From Vicugna vicugna (taxonomy: Eukaryota), in NCBI GenBank assembly GCA_013265495.1, contig MU058781.1, positions 12,329,437 to 12,349,436 of the forward strand: a stretch of DNA of 20,000 nt. The letters are read 5' to 3'. Both the position numbers and the translations under genes were made by a program. This document shows, piece after piece, positions 1 to 11,024 of this stretch (the stretch's first letter is position 1; the number at the start of each line of letters is the position of its first letter). The notes beneath the pieces are model-generated. The model was not told the DNA's origin, searched no databases, and saw only the letters and a program-made list of their open reading frames with translations.

Positions 1-121
1 GGGAGTCAGAGGCTTGATGAACCTCATTCTGTTCTTCAAGTAGACACTCTCAGTGCTATCAGTTGGGACAAGTAGCAATGACAAAGTTGCGGAGTCCTTA
101 GTATGATCACACATGATAGAG

Positions 122-335
122 GGACAGTCTAGCATGGGGACTGAGAGTGTGCACTCTGGGACCAGACTGCCTGGGCTCAAATCTCACTTCTACCCCCTGC
201 TAGCTATTTGTGTCTGGGCAATTTACTTTATCTCTGTCTACTTTAATTCCCTTCTTTATAAAATGAGAGTTAAAAATAGTACTTATATTAAAGAGTGTTG
301 TGAAAATTAGCTAAAATAGTAAAGAGCTCGTTATA
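122..335 (+). mobile_element. MIR SINE fragment
   Basis: Resembles the MIR consensus (cagactgcctgggctcaaatc...ctgggcaatttactt...tataaaatgagag...gttgtgaaaatta); boundaries approximate. Confidence 0.7.
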
Positions 336-713
336 ATTTGGGCTCTTTCAAGTCCACTTTCCGGCCTGATTTAGCTCCATATCACTGATAGCCTTAATTC
401 TCACTTGTATATCTTTGCTAAAATGGTGTTTATACAGTTTATTTGATCTTTTTCCATTTATGCAAATTCTTAAAGTTCTAAACTTTTTCCTACAATGCTT
501 TTCTGGCTAGCTCACGATGGTCTTTTCTGCTTCTGAATCTTGGTGGCTTTACAGCACAAATGTATCTTTCTTATTGGTTATGTGACTTACATTTTTGAAT
601 TTTTCTGTAGCACTTTTTCCTCTGTCCTCCAAACCATCTCATGTATAGAAGGAAAAATGTGGTAGGGTGAAGCAGATTGCCAAGTTGTGACTCATGTATA
701 CATACATCCTTAC

Positions 714-801
714 CTGATCCCGCAATGCTGGTGAGTTTGCTTCGTTCAAGTGGTGGAGCCCATTTTGCCCAAATTGTAAACTGACCTGTCCATGCCATTC
801 C
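714..801 (-). CDS. SLC17A2: SLC17A2 coding exon 4 (88 bp; [30 protein letters not shown])
   Basis: Acceptor tttcatttCAG (804-802), donor G|GTAAGG (713-712); SLC17 motif WAPPLERS; phase 0 start matches the previous exon. The gene continues beyond position 1. Confidence 0.93.
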
Positions 802-893
802 CTGAAATGAAAATCATTAAGACCTTTGATCTCTAATAGAATTCAGGAACTTGTACCCTGTACCTTGTACAGAATGAGAAAGTGGCTGGATAC

Positions 894-1127
894 CTGGGCC
901 ATGCCCTGAATGGTCCGAATCACAATAACCAAAATCACTCCGAAGTCGGCAGCCAATGGTGTAGAGAGGGTGAGAAGGGAGGAGATCAGCAAGCCAGCAC
1001 CAAGCATCTGTTTTGCACCAAATATCCCCGCTAAATAGCCACTTGGGATCAGAGTCAGTATTATCCCATAGTTGATGGAGCTAAAGATGATACCCTGAGT
1101 CTCTGGACTCCATTCATACACAGAGGC
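894..1127 (-). CDS. SLC17A2: SLC17A2 coding exon 3 (234 bp; [21 protein letters not shown]...[10 protein letters not shown])
   Basis: Polypyrimidine tract plus CAG (1130-1128), donor CAG|GTATCC (893-892); 78 codons, phase 0/0; close to human NPT3 as I recall it, including the conserved TM4 Arg (IRTIQG). 92-bp intron to the next exon. Confidence 0.93.
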
Positions 1128-1512
1128 CTGGAAAAAAGAAAAAGGAAAATTCTTTGCTAAGAAGTTCTTTCATGAAAAACTAATATAGCCAGAGCTGCTT
1201 GGGGTTGGTGGGACCCTCCAATAAAATATCATTATGGTTTTTCTCTATTTTTTTTTACCAAATTTAAGTATTCCACTTTTTCCAAACAACAAATTATATC
1301 CCTAATTTGCTCCTCTCAAAGAAAGAAAAAAAAGAGAGGAAATGAAGAATAAAAGAGAGAAAGAAATGATTACATAAATAGATGACAGGAAGATGTAAAT
1401 GAAAGGAGCCACTGGGAGAGAGTTCATATCTCAATGAAATTATTGTGAAAGAGTGTCCTTTAACTGTTTTGATTCTGGTAAAATTTGGGTGACATACTGA
1501 CTCTCATTTCAA

Positions 1513-1541
1513 AATAATAATAATAATAATAATAATAATAA
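1513..1541. repeat. (AAT)9 microsatellite
   Basis: Nine perfect AAT units followed by AA. Confidence 0.95.
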
Positions 1542-2999
1542 GGAAAACACATCTTTACTAAACTCTTATCAAAATCAGTCCCTAAAATCAAGTTTAGGAG
1601 TCATGGGCTGCCCTAACAGGATTGAATTCCTAAAACACATATTAAACATTAATAAGATCACATTTTAATTCTGATGTACCCCAATACTAATTTTTGGTAG
1701 CCCACTAGATACATGGCATCATGGTATAAATTGAAGTAAAGAGCCAAAAAAAAAAAAAGTAAAATAGGAAATATTTTATCCACCTAAAATTACTATAAAT
1801 ACTGTAAAATATATGATTCATGTCAGAATTCAGGTTTGAGGATGAATAGCAGTAAAACAGGGACTTTGAAAAGAGGGAAGAACAATTTGGGAAAGTCACA
1901 GAGAGGAATGAGCACTTGAACCATTCTTTGGAGAATGACTATGATTTGTATAAAGAGAAATAAGATGAATTCATTCCTACTGAAGAAAACAGCAAATGTG
2001 GAGGTGCAACATTTGGAATGAGACCCAGTGATCAGAAGCGAACTGGGACTCTGACTTGCTCAGAGCAAAGACTGTCTCTGGGCCATTGATAGCAGATATG
2101 AGTGTGCTGAGAAGCGGGCCCAGATTCCAGGAGTTCAGCATGTCAACAGAGGAGTTGGCAAATTGAAAGTATCCTGAATTCTTGAGCACAGGAGTGTGAA
2201 TATATAGAATGAATGATAGAAGAAAGACTGGAGGCAGAGAGGTCATTATAAACAAACTGGCTCCAAGGTAACAACATCATAAAACATAAGGATGACTTTA
2301 GAAATGTACAGTAAGTGATAGTTTAAAGGAAAAAATTTAAATGGGGTATAACCATGATTCTCATACAAATACAAAATGATCATGTGATAAAGATTTTATT
2401 TAACTCATTGATTAACGGGAGAATTGGTAAAATGTTACAACTGGCCCAAAGGAGAATTCAAAGAACCACACATTTATAAGCAGGAAGTAATGCTGAAATA
2501 GATTTTAAATATATGGCAAAACTTGCTTATTCAACTGAAGGGCAAGTGGAGAAGAGTATCAGTTGCTTTTCCACAGGACAAAATTCATTTGAAGAGCTAT
2601 GAGCAAGAATCATTTGCACTAATATTTATTATATAGAACTTCCAAAGTTGTAAAATGGCTCAAAGACCATGAAAAAGTACAGAGACCTGCATAGAATCCG
2701 GCAGGAGGGTGTGCTTAGTGAGTGCCTAGCTTTTCATTGAAGATACCCAGTAATCGGTTACTTTATAGATGTGTTCACAATGTTTTCCTATAGTACCCCC
2801 CCAACCTTGTAATCATAATAATCTCAGGGAAGGACTATTTCACAGAGGTAAGGAATATCTCAAAGAAAAATAATTCCAGTCCTTTTCAGTTTGTCATTGA
2901 AAATTCATGCTCTTATATGACACAGAAGCATGATCCAAGTCTTCCTTTCAATTAAAGTTTTCCCTCTCAACAAAGATCCCTGTTCCCCATTGTACTTAC

Positions 3000-3211
3000 C
3001 CTTGTATTAAATTCCTTGATGGATCTGTTGGAGTGATTGAAGGTGAATTCAAGAGGTCTTTCTGTGGAGGCATTGAATAAACCAGGCTGCTGAGTGCTGT
3101 TCACCATAGCAATGATTGCAATGCTCAGACTCACACGCTGAGTTATCATGGTGAAGTTTGAGAAATGCATGATGAGAGCCAGTCCATAGCGTAATGAACA
3201 GAACTCTGGAC
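3000..3211 (-). CDS. SLC17A2: SLC17A2 coding exon 2 (212 bp; [40 protein letters not shown]...KEFNTR)
   Basis: Acceptor gctctcCAG (3214-3212), donor AGG|GTAAGT (2999-2998); phase 1 start, phase 0 end; TM1 plus a luminal loop with N-glycosylation sequons NST, NAS, NHS, NRS. Confidence 0.93.
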
Positions 3212-4039
3212 CTGGAGAGCAACACAGATGTCTGCAATGAGAATCCTGACTGAGATCACCTCTTTCCATTTCTCTCACTGCTAAATCTGAAAAAAACTTC
3301 AGATGATCTCATGCAATCCCATTGTCCTTTTTCACCAAAATGGCCATGACTACAACCCTCCTTTGTCATATTCTTCAGTTGGCTTCAAGACAATAAATTT
3401 GGGCTCTTACAATCAGATAAAACAAATATGGCCTTTTTTCAGGGATATGGGAAGCAGATGAAAATATAAGGAACAGTAAATGAAGGCATTTATGTCACAT
3501 TGTTCCAAAACAAAGTTAATGGCGAATTTGGGAAAGAGCCAGTCACAGAATCCCAGTCTCCCAGCTGCAAGCCTGTGGTCCCATCTATTTTGCATATTCA
3601 TTTACCATAAAGCTTGGAAGTTTATACTTAGAGGCTGTCTTTGAATTAAGCTAATCAAACATCTACAGATTTTCTTTTAAAGTACCTGAAAGTTAGTGCC
3701 TAAGTGCTCACTTCTAAATTTTTTTGTTCTATGTCACTAGGCTCTGCTATTATGTATATTCAGATTTTGAAAAATTTAATATGGGGAACCATTTTTACTA
3801 TTTGTAGGTATGGTGCTGGAGGAGTAGTCACTCTATTACAAGAGCAGCACATTTTTTTTTTTAAGTCCCCACGAAGTGGGACAATGGGTCAATATCGAAA
3901 GGAGTCCTATGTGACTGATATATTAAATTTTTTTATATACTTGGAAGAACTGGGACTAAAGAGAAACAGAGAGAAGCTGTGAAAAACTAGGTAAAAAATA
4001 TAATGGAAGAAATAATTTTTAATGACCAAATAGGCTCAG

Positions 4040-4215
4040 GGATAGGACTGATTGCTTGCAAAAGAATAATTTCCCTATTACCGGAGGTTTCCAAAGCTCA
4101 GAGGAAATAACCAGCTACATAGCAAAGATATTATAGCAAGAACTCATACATAGGCTAGGGGTTTCTTTAAAATGACTTTTGCAGGACTCATTCCAGTCCT
4201 TATGTCTCAGGATTT
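4040..4215 (+). mobile_element. CR1/L3 LINE 3' end remnant
   Basis: tttccctattaccggaggtttccaa...aaaatgacttttgcaggactcattccagtcctt resembles the CR1/L3 3' terminus; highly diverged. Confidence 0.45.
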
Positions 4216-4450
4216 ATTGATCATTTGACTTAATTTCTTGTAGATAACTCAGTGGGGCTCCCTAAGGAAAAAACAACAGGTAACAGGATACGGGGCTGGA
4301 GCTGGTCCCATGTTACACTGAGAGAATCTCTACAGCAGGGAGACTTGATAGAAAAAGGAGAAGGAGAGGAAAGCAAAATGTGTGAAGAAGATTGGAAATA
4401 AGCTTCCACTCTTCCATAAGGGAGCCTGCAAATAAGAGACATAGCCTTAC

Positions 4451-4478
4451 CTTTCCTGATAGAAGGTTGCTCATCCAT
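4451..4478 (-). CDS. SLC17A2: SLC17A2 first coding segment (MDEQPSIRK-G), inside a 111-bp exon 4451-4561
   Basis: ATG at 4478-4476, donor AAG|GTAAGG (4450-4449), phase 1 joins GT CCA of the next exon; resembles the human N-terminus MDGKPATRKG. Upstream acceptor ttgttgttctcctccgTAG (4564-4562). Confidence 0.88.
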
Positions 4479-5068
4479 TTGGCTCTTCTGGGAAATGGTA
4501 CCACACTTTGCAGTGCAGATTCCCTCCGCCATGAATCTCTGTTACCACGACAGGCTTTTATCTACGGAGGAGAACAACAATCCAAAACATGACACTCAAA
4601 TAATTTCCTCTTGTTAATGTTGAACTCTCTCAGCATCAATGAGAGTTTTGATCCAACACAGCTGTATGACTTACATTTGGCAGTACCCTTCTTTATTGCT
4701 ATGCTTATGGAGGGCTAGATTTTTATAAGAAAATCTGGCACTAAGTCAGTCCCAGCTAAGTGACTTAGAGCTAGTCATTTTGATTCTCTAACTATCCATT
4801 TTGTTGTCTGTTCATTAAAAATGTCTCCTTTCTGAGTAGTAGAATTGAACGAGAAAATGCAAACCACAGAAAACCACGCAAAGGTAAGGAATATTACAGC
4901 TTGATACAGGTCAGAAGATAGGAAAGTTAAATTAAGCTCGAGAGCTGAGGAGGGAAGTTCCAAAACAGCCCTGTCTTTCATTCTGACCATGTTTCTGTTC
5001 CTTCTGTAGAACCAGAACAATGTTGCATGGTGACTTCTTTCAACATGAAGAACAGCACTGCATAACAC

Positions 5069-5104
5069 GTGTGTGTGTGTGAGTGTGTGTGCGTGTGTGT
5101 GTGT
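5069..5104. repeat. Interrupted (GT)n microsatellite: (GT)6GA(GT)4GC(GT)6
   Basis: Read directly from the sequence. Confidence 0.95.
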
Positions 5105-6404
5105 ATTAGTGTAATATTTAATGATTAAAAATGTTTATTCTTGCCTTTGCTAACACAATTTGGACATTTTATTGGACTAAAAAGTTCTTCAAATCACCAG
5201 TAAAATCATACTGAATGGGTGCTTTCTACTACAATTATGAATAAATCCAGCTACTTGTCAAGTGAAGAGAATTCATGACCTCAAAAGGACATGTTTAATT
5301 TGATATCTGTACATCAATCAAATGCCCTTTGGGGGATACATACATTTATTTATTTTAGGAACAATCCTTATCCCAAGAATATTGTCAGTTTCACAGCCAT
5401 CCTAAACTAAAGCATCCGTGACTTCACAAACCCACATATCGTGCTTACATTGCATCATTCAAAGCTTTGCATTCTTTCTGCACATAAATTTAACAAGATT
5501 TATCTTCACCCTTAACGATCATCATCTGTGATCTTAGGGTGGAGAATCATGATGAAAGAGACAGTTGAAGGATTTTGTCCAAAAAAAATTCTTTGCAGTA
5601 TTAGTTATTACAGCATATTAGAGACAAATTAACTTAACTGTAAGGGTTCGGTGAGTCAGATTTAATAGATTCTTATGATGGGCTTTATTAAAATAATGTT
5701 TTCAAAGATGTTGAATAATACTGAGGAAATGTCAGTACTGTAATGTACAAAGCAGGCACCACGCCTGTGCTGATACACGCACACCCAAGAAGGGAGAACC
5801 AGATTCACACAAGTTCCACAATGGCTGTTTCTGAGTTACAGAACACTCGGTGGCCACGTTACTTCTTAGGATTTCCCGTATTAACCACATGATTCTTTTA
5901 ACAATTTGTAGTTACTCACTTTACACACAGAAGAAGCTAAGTGTCGTTGAAAGAACAACAATTAGGCTTCATTTGCATAGTCAGCATGGTTTTCTCCCTG
6001 CCAAATGTCTCTGGAATTCTGAGAACAAGTTCACTCCAGCTAAGTTTTGAAACTTACTTTTTAAAAAAACTACAGTGGACCCGAATTGATGCCCACTGCT
6101 TACAAGAGAAAGTCAGCACCAGGTTGGATTTTGCTCTGTTTTGGAAGGCTTTCCACTCTTGCTAACAGCTGGGTGCTGTCAGGAATTCAGTTCAGGGCTC
6201 TACAGTCAGGTTCCGGCTAAAGAGACTGGAGTGGACACCTAGTTGACCCAGAGTTTGGACCATTTTCTATTTGATCTCCCTTGTTATGTAAGATCCCAAG
6301 ACTTGGCTGAAGACAATTTTTTCACTGTGCATTCATCTACAAGTACCTATATTCCACTAAAAGCCTTCCTACCCATCTATCTGTCCAACAAAACTTACAA
6401 ACAC

Positions 6405-6560
6405 TAATTCTAGAGCTGAAAGAGACTCAGAGACCCTCTGGCCTAACTGTTCGTTGTATTGATGAGAAAACCGGTGTGCAGAAAGTTTGAAAAGTTGCTC
6501 CAAGCCACAGAGTTTACTGAGCCAGCACCAGGTCTCTGATACCAGACTGCTGCTTTTTTC
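6405..6560 (-). mobile_element. MIR-family SINE fragment
   Basis: ctagagctgaaagagactcagagaccctctggcctaac...gatgagaaaacc...ttgctccaagccacagag matches an antisense MIR3/MIRc core pattern. Confidence 0.55.
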
Positions 6561-6675
6561 TGTCTGTTAGTACTGCTTCCCCTTTATGTTCATATTTTAA
6601 GCACAAACTTAAAGCACCGTAGGGTAACTTCATTTTGAGGTATTCTATATAGGAATTTATATAATTTTAAATTAA

Positions 6676-6829
6676 TTTTTAAATTGAAGTACAGTTGACT
6701 TACATATATTAGTTTCAGGTGTACAACATAGTGATTCAATATTTTTGCAGATTATACTTCAATATAGGTTATTACAAAATAATGGCTCTAATTCCCTGTA
6801 CTGTACAGTAATATCCTTGCTGCTTATCT
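6676..6829 (-). mobile_element. 5'-truncated older L1 3' end
   Basis: aattgaagtacagttgacttaca...agtttcaggtgtacaacatagtgattc is a typical L1 3' terminus; degenerate TSD ATAATTTTAAATTAA (6661-6675) / ATGATCTTAAATTAA (6830-6844). Confidence 0.8.
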
Positions 6830-8610
6830 ATGATCTTAAATTAAATTTTAATCATTTATACTAGATGGAAATTTGATGATAAAAATACTCTCCAGTTGAG
6901 ATTTGAATATTAACAAAATTAAAAAAGACTACTCTCTCTTGCTTTTTTTGTTAGTGGAATGATATCATAAACCCCTCACTTCATTTGTCTTTCCCATTCC
7001 ATCTGATGCCATCCCTACCTTAGTTTTTATGGTTTCAAATGCTACTTTGAATTTTGCCTCACTAGCTAATTTCAGTTGTTAATTTCCCTGTTTCCTGTGC
7101 ATGAGACAAATACGGAAATCAGGCAGACATCCCAAACCATTCTAATGTGGGTCCTTCTATGACATAGTAATGGAAACTATTTTTCTAAGATAATCACAGA
7201 AGCATATGAAAGTATGGAGTCTAAGGACTGCAATAATTGATAAGCACTTGGAGACAGTGGAATGAGTCTTAGACCAATTGTAAACATTGCCAAGGACCTT
7301 CCTACTCCAGAGTGACGGTTCTAAAAAGTAGTGAACCCTAGTGTCAAACCTGTAAGTAGACAAAGAAAAATTAAATTAAGTTAAAGGAAAATTCTAAGTT
7401 AAAAAAATAATTTTATGATGCAAAATAGAGTTGAATTTGTTATAAAATGAATAATGTAGACAGTATGATTTATGCATAAGCAAAAGAATATTTTTCCTAT
7501 TATTTTTAGTCTAGAACTATTTTGTTATAATGGGCTTTCTATTGCTCTTAGATGTCCCCTAATATTAATCCTGTCTTGCAACACCTCTGTTAGCCGAGTG
7601 TCCCAGTTTACTCAGAGTAAATGTTACATGTGGTTGAAAGAGCATGAACCTGTGGTTCAAAGGGTATCCAAGGACCAAGTTCTCCGTCATTCACAATCTG
7701 AGTAAAGCAGAACAGATTTCATAAGATCCCAGAATTTTAATTGTTTCATAGGAAAAACGGGAATAATATTACTTCACAGGATTGTTGTGAGCAAAAACAA
7801 AGGTGTGAGACATGCCTTCTCAATGTAAAATATTATACACTGTAAAATGTTATTAACCACAGCAATAATAATAGTCACAAGATTGGCACTTGAGCCTCTC
7901 AAATTAATAAACACAGGTTTACAGCAAATGAAATAACTTTCTAAAAATATTCTTTTGATTGTTTGTTAAATTGGTTTTAAACATTTCCTTTTAAAAGTGA
8001 CTAGAATCCAGAAGATGAATGAGAAAGGGATGCCTCTTCGATGCTATAAACACTGAAGAACATGGGAAGAAGTAATTTCTTTCATGTTTGTAAAACTGAG
8101 GCCTCTTTTAGCACCTGTTTACTTTTTTGAAAGATTGGGAGTTCTGGAGTAAAGTTGGTTATTCTAGTAGATCATTTACATCATGCTGTCAATTTACATG
8201 AATTTAATCATGAAAAAAAAAAAGAAAACGGGTACTGAGCACCAATAGTGGGGAATCCTAGAAGGCAGGGTTGTGCCAAAATTCAAGTGCAACTTGGGCA
8301 CTGCTCACAGGGAACTCACAGCTCCACTCATCAGGAGATCCACAGGAGTCCCTGTACATCTTTCCTCCAAGCAACAACCTCAGGCTTTATCTTTCAGGCC
8401 AGTAGGAGTCCATCTGTGCTGTGGAATTGAGATTTTTTTTCCCCTGGGCAGGTTGGAAGAAGGCACTTTCACTAGGTCTTTTCCTGTAGGGCTTCCCAGC
8501 ATAGCACTAATAGGTAGTAACCACTGTCTCTCTGGCACCTTTTCTCAGCTGTTCAAGGAGGGCAATAAACCAGGTGATCTCTACAAGTGTACAAATTTCC
8601 TTGCCTTCCA

Positions 8611-8925
8611 TTTTTTAAAAAAATTTTGTTATTGAAGGATAGTCAGTTTACAAAGTTGTGTCAATTTCTTATGTACAGCTTAATGTTTCAGTCATACATG
8701 TACATTCATATATTCCTTTTCATATTCTTTTTCATTATAGGTTACTACAAGATGTTGAATATAGTTCTCTGTGCTACACAGTAGAAACTTGTCTATTTAT
8801 ATATAATAGTATCTGCAAATCTTGAACTCCCAATTTATCCCTCCCCACCCTCTTTACCCCCTGGGAACAATAATCTTGTTTTCTATGTCTGTGAGTATGT
8901 TTTTGTTTTGTAAATAAGTTCATTT
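8611..8925 (-). mobile_element. 5'-truncated L1 3'UTR fragment
   Basis: Colinear with the 3'UTR of the full-length L1 at 10700-11000 (gttgtgtcaa, ttcagtcat, ctgtgcta, ttatccctccccaccctc); flanked by the direct repeat CTTGCCTTC (8600-8608, 8930-8938). Confidence 0.85.
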
Positions 8926-9393
8926 CAGTCTTGCCTTCAGTCTTATTCACAATTTTGTTCCTATTCTCCTCTTCTTGAGAGACAATTTCAACCATATACA
9001 GAAATCTGAAAAGACTCATTAGTCACAGTCCCCAATCTCAAATCTTGTTAGTTCTGATCCAGTCTTTTATTCTACAGTCAACTCCACAGCCTGCCCAACT
9101 CATCAAGGTGTCACAGTTAAGACTCACAGAATCCTTGAAGAGGTGACCAATGTCCACAGAGTCCATTGGCACTGGTGTCCTCTCAAGCCTTGCTTTCAAA
9201 TCTTGACTGAATCGATTACCATTTTTAGAAAGTGTCTTCTTTGTTTTGGAACCAGAAACCATTCTCAGATGGAGAGCCTTAGGCTTCTAATAATGTTTTT
9301 CCTCTGACTTCCCTTCAAACTGTTCCCTCCCTTTAATGGATCATTGGTTGATTAGTAATTATCCTCCGACCCAAAAAGAAGAAATGCACTTAC

Positions 9394-9560
9394 CTTCACC
9401 ATTAAACCAGAGTTGTAAGCCTTAGACTATTAGGCTACCTTGAAGAAAGAAGGAGTTTTCATCTCTTCTTCCCGTTCACATAATTCCACAATTCCACAAA
9501 GATAAATAATGAGTCACATGGCAGGCAGACTGCATCAGGTTTAGTCCTACATTCTCAGAG
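9394..9560 (-). other. SLC17A2: Candidate non-coding exon 1 of SLC17A2 (3' end at 9394; 5' end uncertain)
   Basis: Perfect donor AAG|GTAAGT (GT at 9393-9392). The coding-start exon has an acceptor, so an upstream exon is needed. It lies just downstream of an HNF1-like site. Confidence 0.5.
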
Positions 9561-9586
9561 CAGAGAGCCCAGGTTTGGCTTCGCTG

Positions 9587-9599
9587 CTTAATTTTTAAC
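9587..9599. promoter_or_regulatory. HNF1-like palindromic site in the putative SLC17A2 proximal promoter
   Basis: CTTAATTTTTAAC has 2 mismatches to GTTAATNATTAAC; nearby DR1-like AGGTCAAAGCAGA (minus, 9658-9670) and HNF4-type TGAACTTTG (10021-10029). Confidence 0.45.
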
Positions 9600-9717
9600 T
9601 TCATTTTCAAGTTCTCACAGGTAGAATGAGTATCTCAAAAGATGACACCGTGTTTTTTCTGCTTTGACCTCCACATACAGATGAAAAAGTCAACAAGCCT
9701 TTTTCCTGAAAGGAAGG

Positions 9718-9950
9718 TGGCATGGTGTGAAAGAAAGAGGCAGGCTCCTGGGACTGCAGAGATGAAGTCACCCCACCTTCACCTCCCAGTGTTTTCTGTG
9801 GCCTTGAACAAGTCACTTAACTTCTTTGAATTGGTTTCTACTTTAATAAAGCAAGGGTTACAATGCTTAACTCATGGGGTTATTGGGCAAGTTAAATGAA
9901 ATACACATGCTCACCGGTAGTATGAGTATATTGAGATCCTCAGCAAATGA
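9718..9950 (+). mobile_element. MIR SINE
   Basis: tggcatggtgtgaaaga...ctgtggccttgaacaagtcacttaacttctttga...ggttattgggcaagttaaatgaaa matches the MIR core. Confidence 0.7.
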
Positions 9951-10328
9951 TATGTTCCCATTAAAGGGTTCTGTTAAATCAGACTTTCCTTAAGCATTTG
10001 GTGCCACTGCTTCATAAATGTGAACTTTGGTTACTCTGACATCTTCGCATGAGGCTACCTTGTAACCTTTCTTCCTGCTTCTTATCTGTGCTCTTTCTAA
10101 TCCAGTCTCTGCTTGACTCCTGATATTTGGACTTGTGTTTTTTTGTGATTCTTGAATTTCAGACTGTGGTTGCTACTGAGCCATCCCAGTTTGAATCTCA
10201 GCCCTTATAAAAGGAGCTGAAGGCCTTCCCTCCCTGCTTTTATTAGCTTCAAACTACCTTAGTTGAGTTTCCCTGCCCCAATTAGCCTTGCCACACTCCT
10301 CCAAGGAGCCTACTGGAGTCAACATCTC

Positions 10329-10698
10329 TGTATTAGTGTTCTATTCTTGCTGTTATAAATTAACAAAAAGTTATGACTTAAAACAACACGTTTATTCTTA
10401 TAGTTCTGAAGGTTAGAAGTCCAAAATGGGTTTCATTGGGCCAGAAACCAAAATGTCAGCAGGGCCACACTCTCCCTGGTGGCTCTATGGGAGAATCTAA
10501 TTTCTTACCTTTTCTAGTTTCTAGAGGTCACCTGCCTTCCTTGGCTCATAACCACTTCCTCCATCTTTAAAGGCAGCAGCATAGCATCTTTAGATCTTTC
10601 TAACTCTGACCCTTCTATCTCCCTCTTTATAAAGACACTTGCAATTATATTGGGCTCATGTCTGAAATCCAGGCTAGTCTTCACGCCTCAAAATTCTT
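10329..10698 (-). mobile_element. MLT1 (ERVL-MaLR; MLT1C/D-like) solo LTR, left part, split by L1
   Basis: Begins TGTATTAGT...ttaaaacaacac...agaagtccaaaatggg...ttctagagg...ttccttggctc, typical of antisense MLT1; continues seamlessly at 17932. Confidence 0.8.
10687..10698. repeat. L1 target site duplication, left copy CTCAAAATTCTT
   Basis: Identical to 17920-17931; the empty site reads ...ATTCTT/AACTTG, matching the L1 endonuclease consensus TTTT/AA with one mismatch. Confidence 0.92.
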
Positions 10699-10912
10699 TT
10701 TTTTTTTTACATTTTTTATTGATTCATAATCATTTTACAGTGTTGTGTCAAGTTCCAGTGTTCAGCACAATTTTTCAGTCATTCATGGACATATACACAC
10801 TCATTGTCACATTTTTTTCTCTGTGATTTATCATAACATTTTGTGTATATTTCCCTGTGCTATACAGTGTAATCTTGTTTATCTATTCTACAATTTTGAA
10901 ATCCCAGTCTAT

Positions 10913-10934
10913 CCCTTCCCACCCTCTACCCCCC
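10913..10934 (-). other. G-rich tract / potential G-quadruplex in the L1 3'UTR
   Basis: Minus strand GGGGGGTAGAGGGTGGGAAGGG has four runs of at least 3 G. Confidence 0.6.
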
Positions 10935-11024
10935 TGGTAACCACAAGTCTGTATTCTCTGTCCATGAGTCTATTTCTGTCCTGTATTTATGCTTTGTTTT
11001 TGTTTGTTTGTTTGTTTTTGTTTT

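Noticed and set aside
2380..2640. Possible ancient L1 ORF2 3' fragment
   Set aside because: Similarity too weak to support without an alignment.
571..3278. Full ORF-track extents of 571-798, 843-1121 and 2967-3278
   Set aside because: The ORFs run into introns; only the splice-bounded parts are SLC17A2 coding.
8248..9262. ORFs 8273-8635 (+), 8774-9019 (-) and 9038-9262 (-) as a possible processed pseudogene
   Set aside because: No recognisable protein homology in the frames I translated, no poly(A) or TSD signature; partly overlaps an L1 fragment.
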